From Bacteroidales bacterium (GTDB taxonomy: Bacteria; Bacteroidota; Bacteroidia; Bacteroidales; WCHB1-69): a stretch of 64,000 nt of DNA. Within the stretch, counting starts at the first letter, position 1; each line of letters opens with the position of its first letter. The stretch is from the NCBI GenBank assembly GCA_017525245.1, contig JAFXTE010000025.1, positions 57,116-121,115 of the forward strand, written 5' to 3'. Positions 63,364-64,000 of this stretch are shown here, in pieces. The notes under the pieces are model-generated. The model did not search any database. It worked only from the letters and a program-made list of their open reading frames with translations, and was not told where the DNA came from. The translations under genes and the position numbers were made by a program.

Positions 63364-63487
63364 TCATCGCCTTTTCATCGTTAATTCATCGTCTCATCGC
63401 CTCATCGTTAATTCATCGTCTCATCGCCTCATCGTTTTCATCGTTTTTCATCGTCTCATCGTTTTCATCGTTTTCATCGTCTCATCG
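63364..63487. repeat. array of 14 TCATCG cores with 8-11-nt period, including a 27-bp tandem duplication
   Basis: ttaattcatcgtctcatcgcctcatcg occurs twice in tandem (63381-63407 and 63408-63434), flanked by further (t)n-catcg units. Confidence 0.85.
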
Positions 63488-63498
63488 AAAAAAAAATG

Positions 63499-63506
63499 TA
63501 TCTTTG
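63499..63506 (+). promoter_or_regulatory. -7 box TAtcTTTG for the corA-like gene
   Basis: The box lies 72 nt upstream of ATG 63579. Confidence 0.35.
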
Positions 63507-63578
63507 CCAGCTGTAAATTTTTGCGCCAAGATGTAGTAAAATAGTTTTCTAACCCATTAAAAGAAAGGAGGTTATCGT

Positions 63579-64000
63579 ATGGTTGACACCATTAATTTCG
63601 GTGCTTATAAATGGCATCATATAACGAATCCGACCGTTGAAGATTTGGATTTTTTGCGAGATAACTTCCATTTCCACCCCTTGGATATTGAAGACTGCTC
63701 CAGCTTTGTGCAACGTCCCAAAATCGATATTTACGACGACTATTTCTTCCTCGTGCTGCATTTTCCGCTGCTCGACCAGCGTACGCGCTTGGTGAAAACC
63801 GAGGAAACCAAGATTTTCTGGGGACAAGACTACCTTATTACGGTCGGAAATTCGCACTACGTGGTGCAAGACCTCTTCAACCTGAAGAAAATCGATCCCG
63901 AACCGGAAGATGAGGACGAAATCACCGGCACATCCGACTCCATGCTCTACCACATTCTCTACAGAATGATGAAGGAGACTTTCCTCATTGTGGAGCGTCT
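63579..64000 (+). CDS. corA: CorA-family magnesium transporter, 3' end cut by window edge
   Basis: My translation is MVDTINFGAYKWHHITNPTVEDLDFLRDNFHFHPLDIEDCSSFVQRPKIDIYDDYFFLVLHFP..., matching the CorA cytoplasmic N-domain pattern. The frame is open to the window end and is not in the ORF track because there is no stop. Confidence 0.65.
   Translation, partial: MVDTINFGAYKWHHITNPTVEDLDFLRDNFHFHPLDIEDCSSFVQRPKIDIYDDYFFLVLHFPLLDQRTRLVKTEETKIFWGQDYLITVGNSHYVVQDLFNLKKIDPEPEDEDEITGTSDSMLYHILYRMMKETFLIVER

Noticed and set aside
1-64000. A search for transposases, integrases, phage genes, toxin-antitoxin pairs, restriction-modification genes or known defence systems.
   Set aside because: None of the translated ORFs shows motifs of these families. 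The DUF234-type ATPase at the left edge is truncated and lacks informative neighbours.

Overview
The window reads as a chromosomal segment of a Bacteroidales-type (Bacteroidota) genome. Supporting this, TAnnTTTG -7 promoter boxes sit 15-35 nt upstream of many start codons, two proteins carry type IX secretion (T9SS) C-terminal sorting domains, and there is a SusB-like GH97, a BspA-type LRR protein and a long S16. I call about 55 CDS, the first and last cut by the window edges, plus one tRNA-Ala(GGC). Most genes are housekeeping: rfbC, manA, dxs, mutY, ribD, serS, glnA-like, radA, folD, rpsP-rimM, purA, sufCD, rlmH. I found no rRNA, CRISPR array, transposase, integrase, phage gene or recognisable defence system. 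What ordinary annotation would miss falls into five groups. (1) Sixteen intergenic loci are tandem 7-nt-period repeats, and several contain a neighbouring gene's stop or start codon. (2) A family of GTAGAGACG...CGTCTCTAC palindromes includes three near-identical ~97-bp copies that each carry a -7 promoter box directly upstream of GH97, purA and sufC, plus a 113-bp MITE-like element with 26-bp inverted ends. (3) An ECF sigma factor runs without a stop into a membrane-anchored anti-sigma-like tail; it overlaps (ATGA) an ORF that shares a DTV-type motif and contains a second, internal signal peptide before a beta-barrel-like region. (4) An 1105-aa probable lipoprotein consists of two TldD/PmbA-like modules, and its HExxxH motif reads HHxxxH. 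(5) A 2218-aa T9SS surface protein has five FN3-like domains and nine tandem InlB-B-type repeats. All family assignments rest on motifs I recognise by eye in the translations; no database search was possible. I cannot name a single clearly novel system, and groups (1) to (4) are my best candidates.
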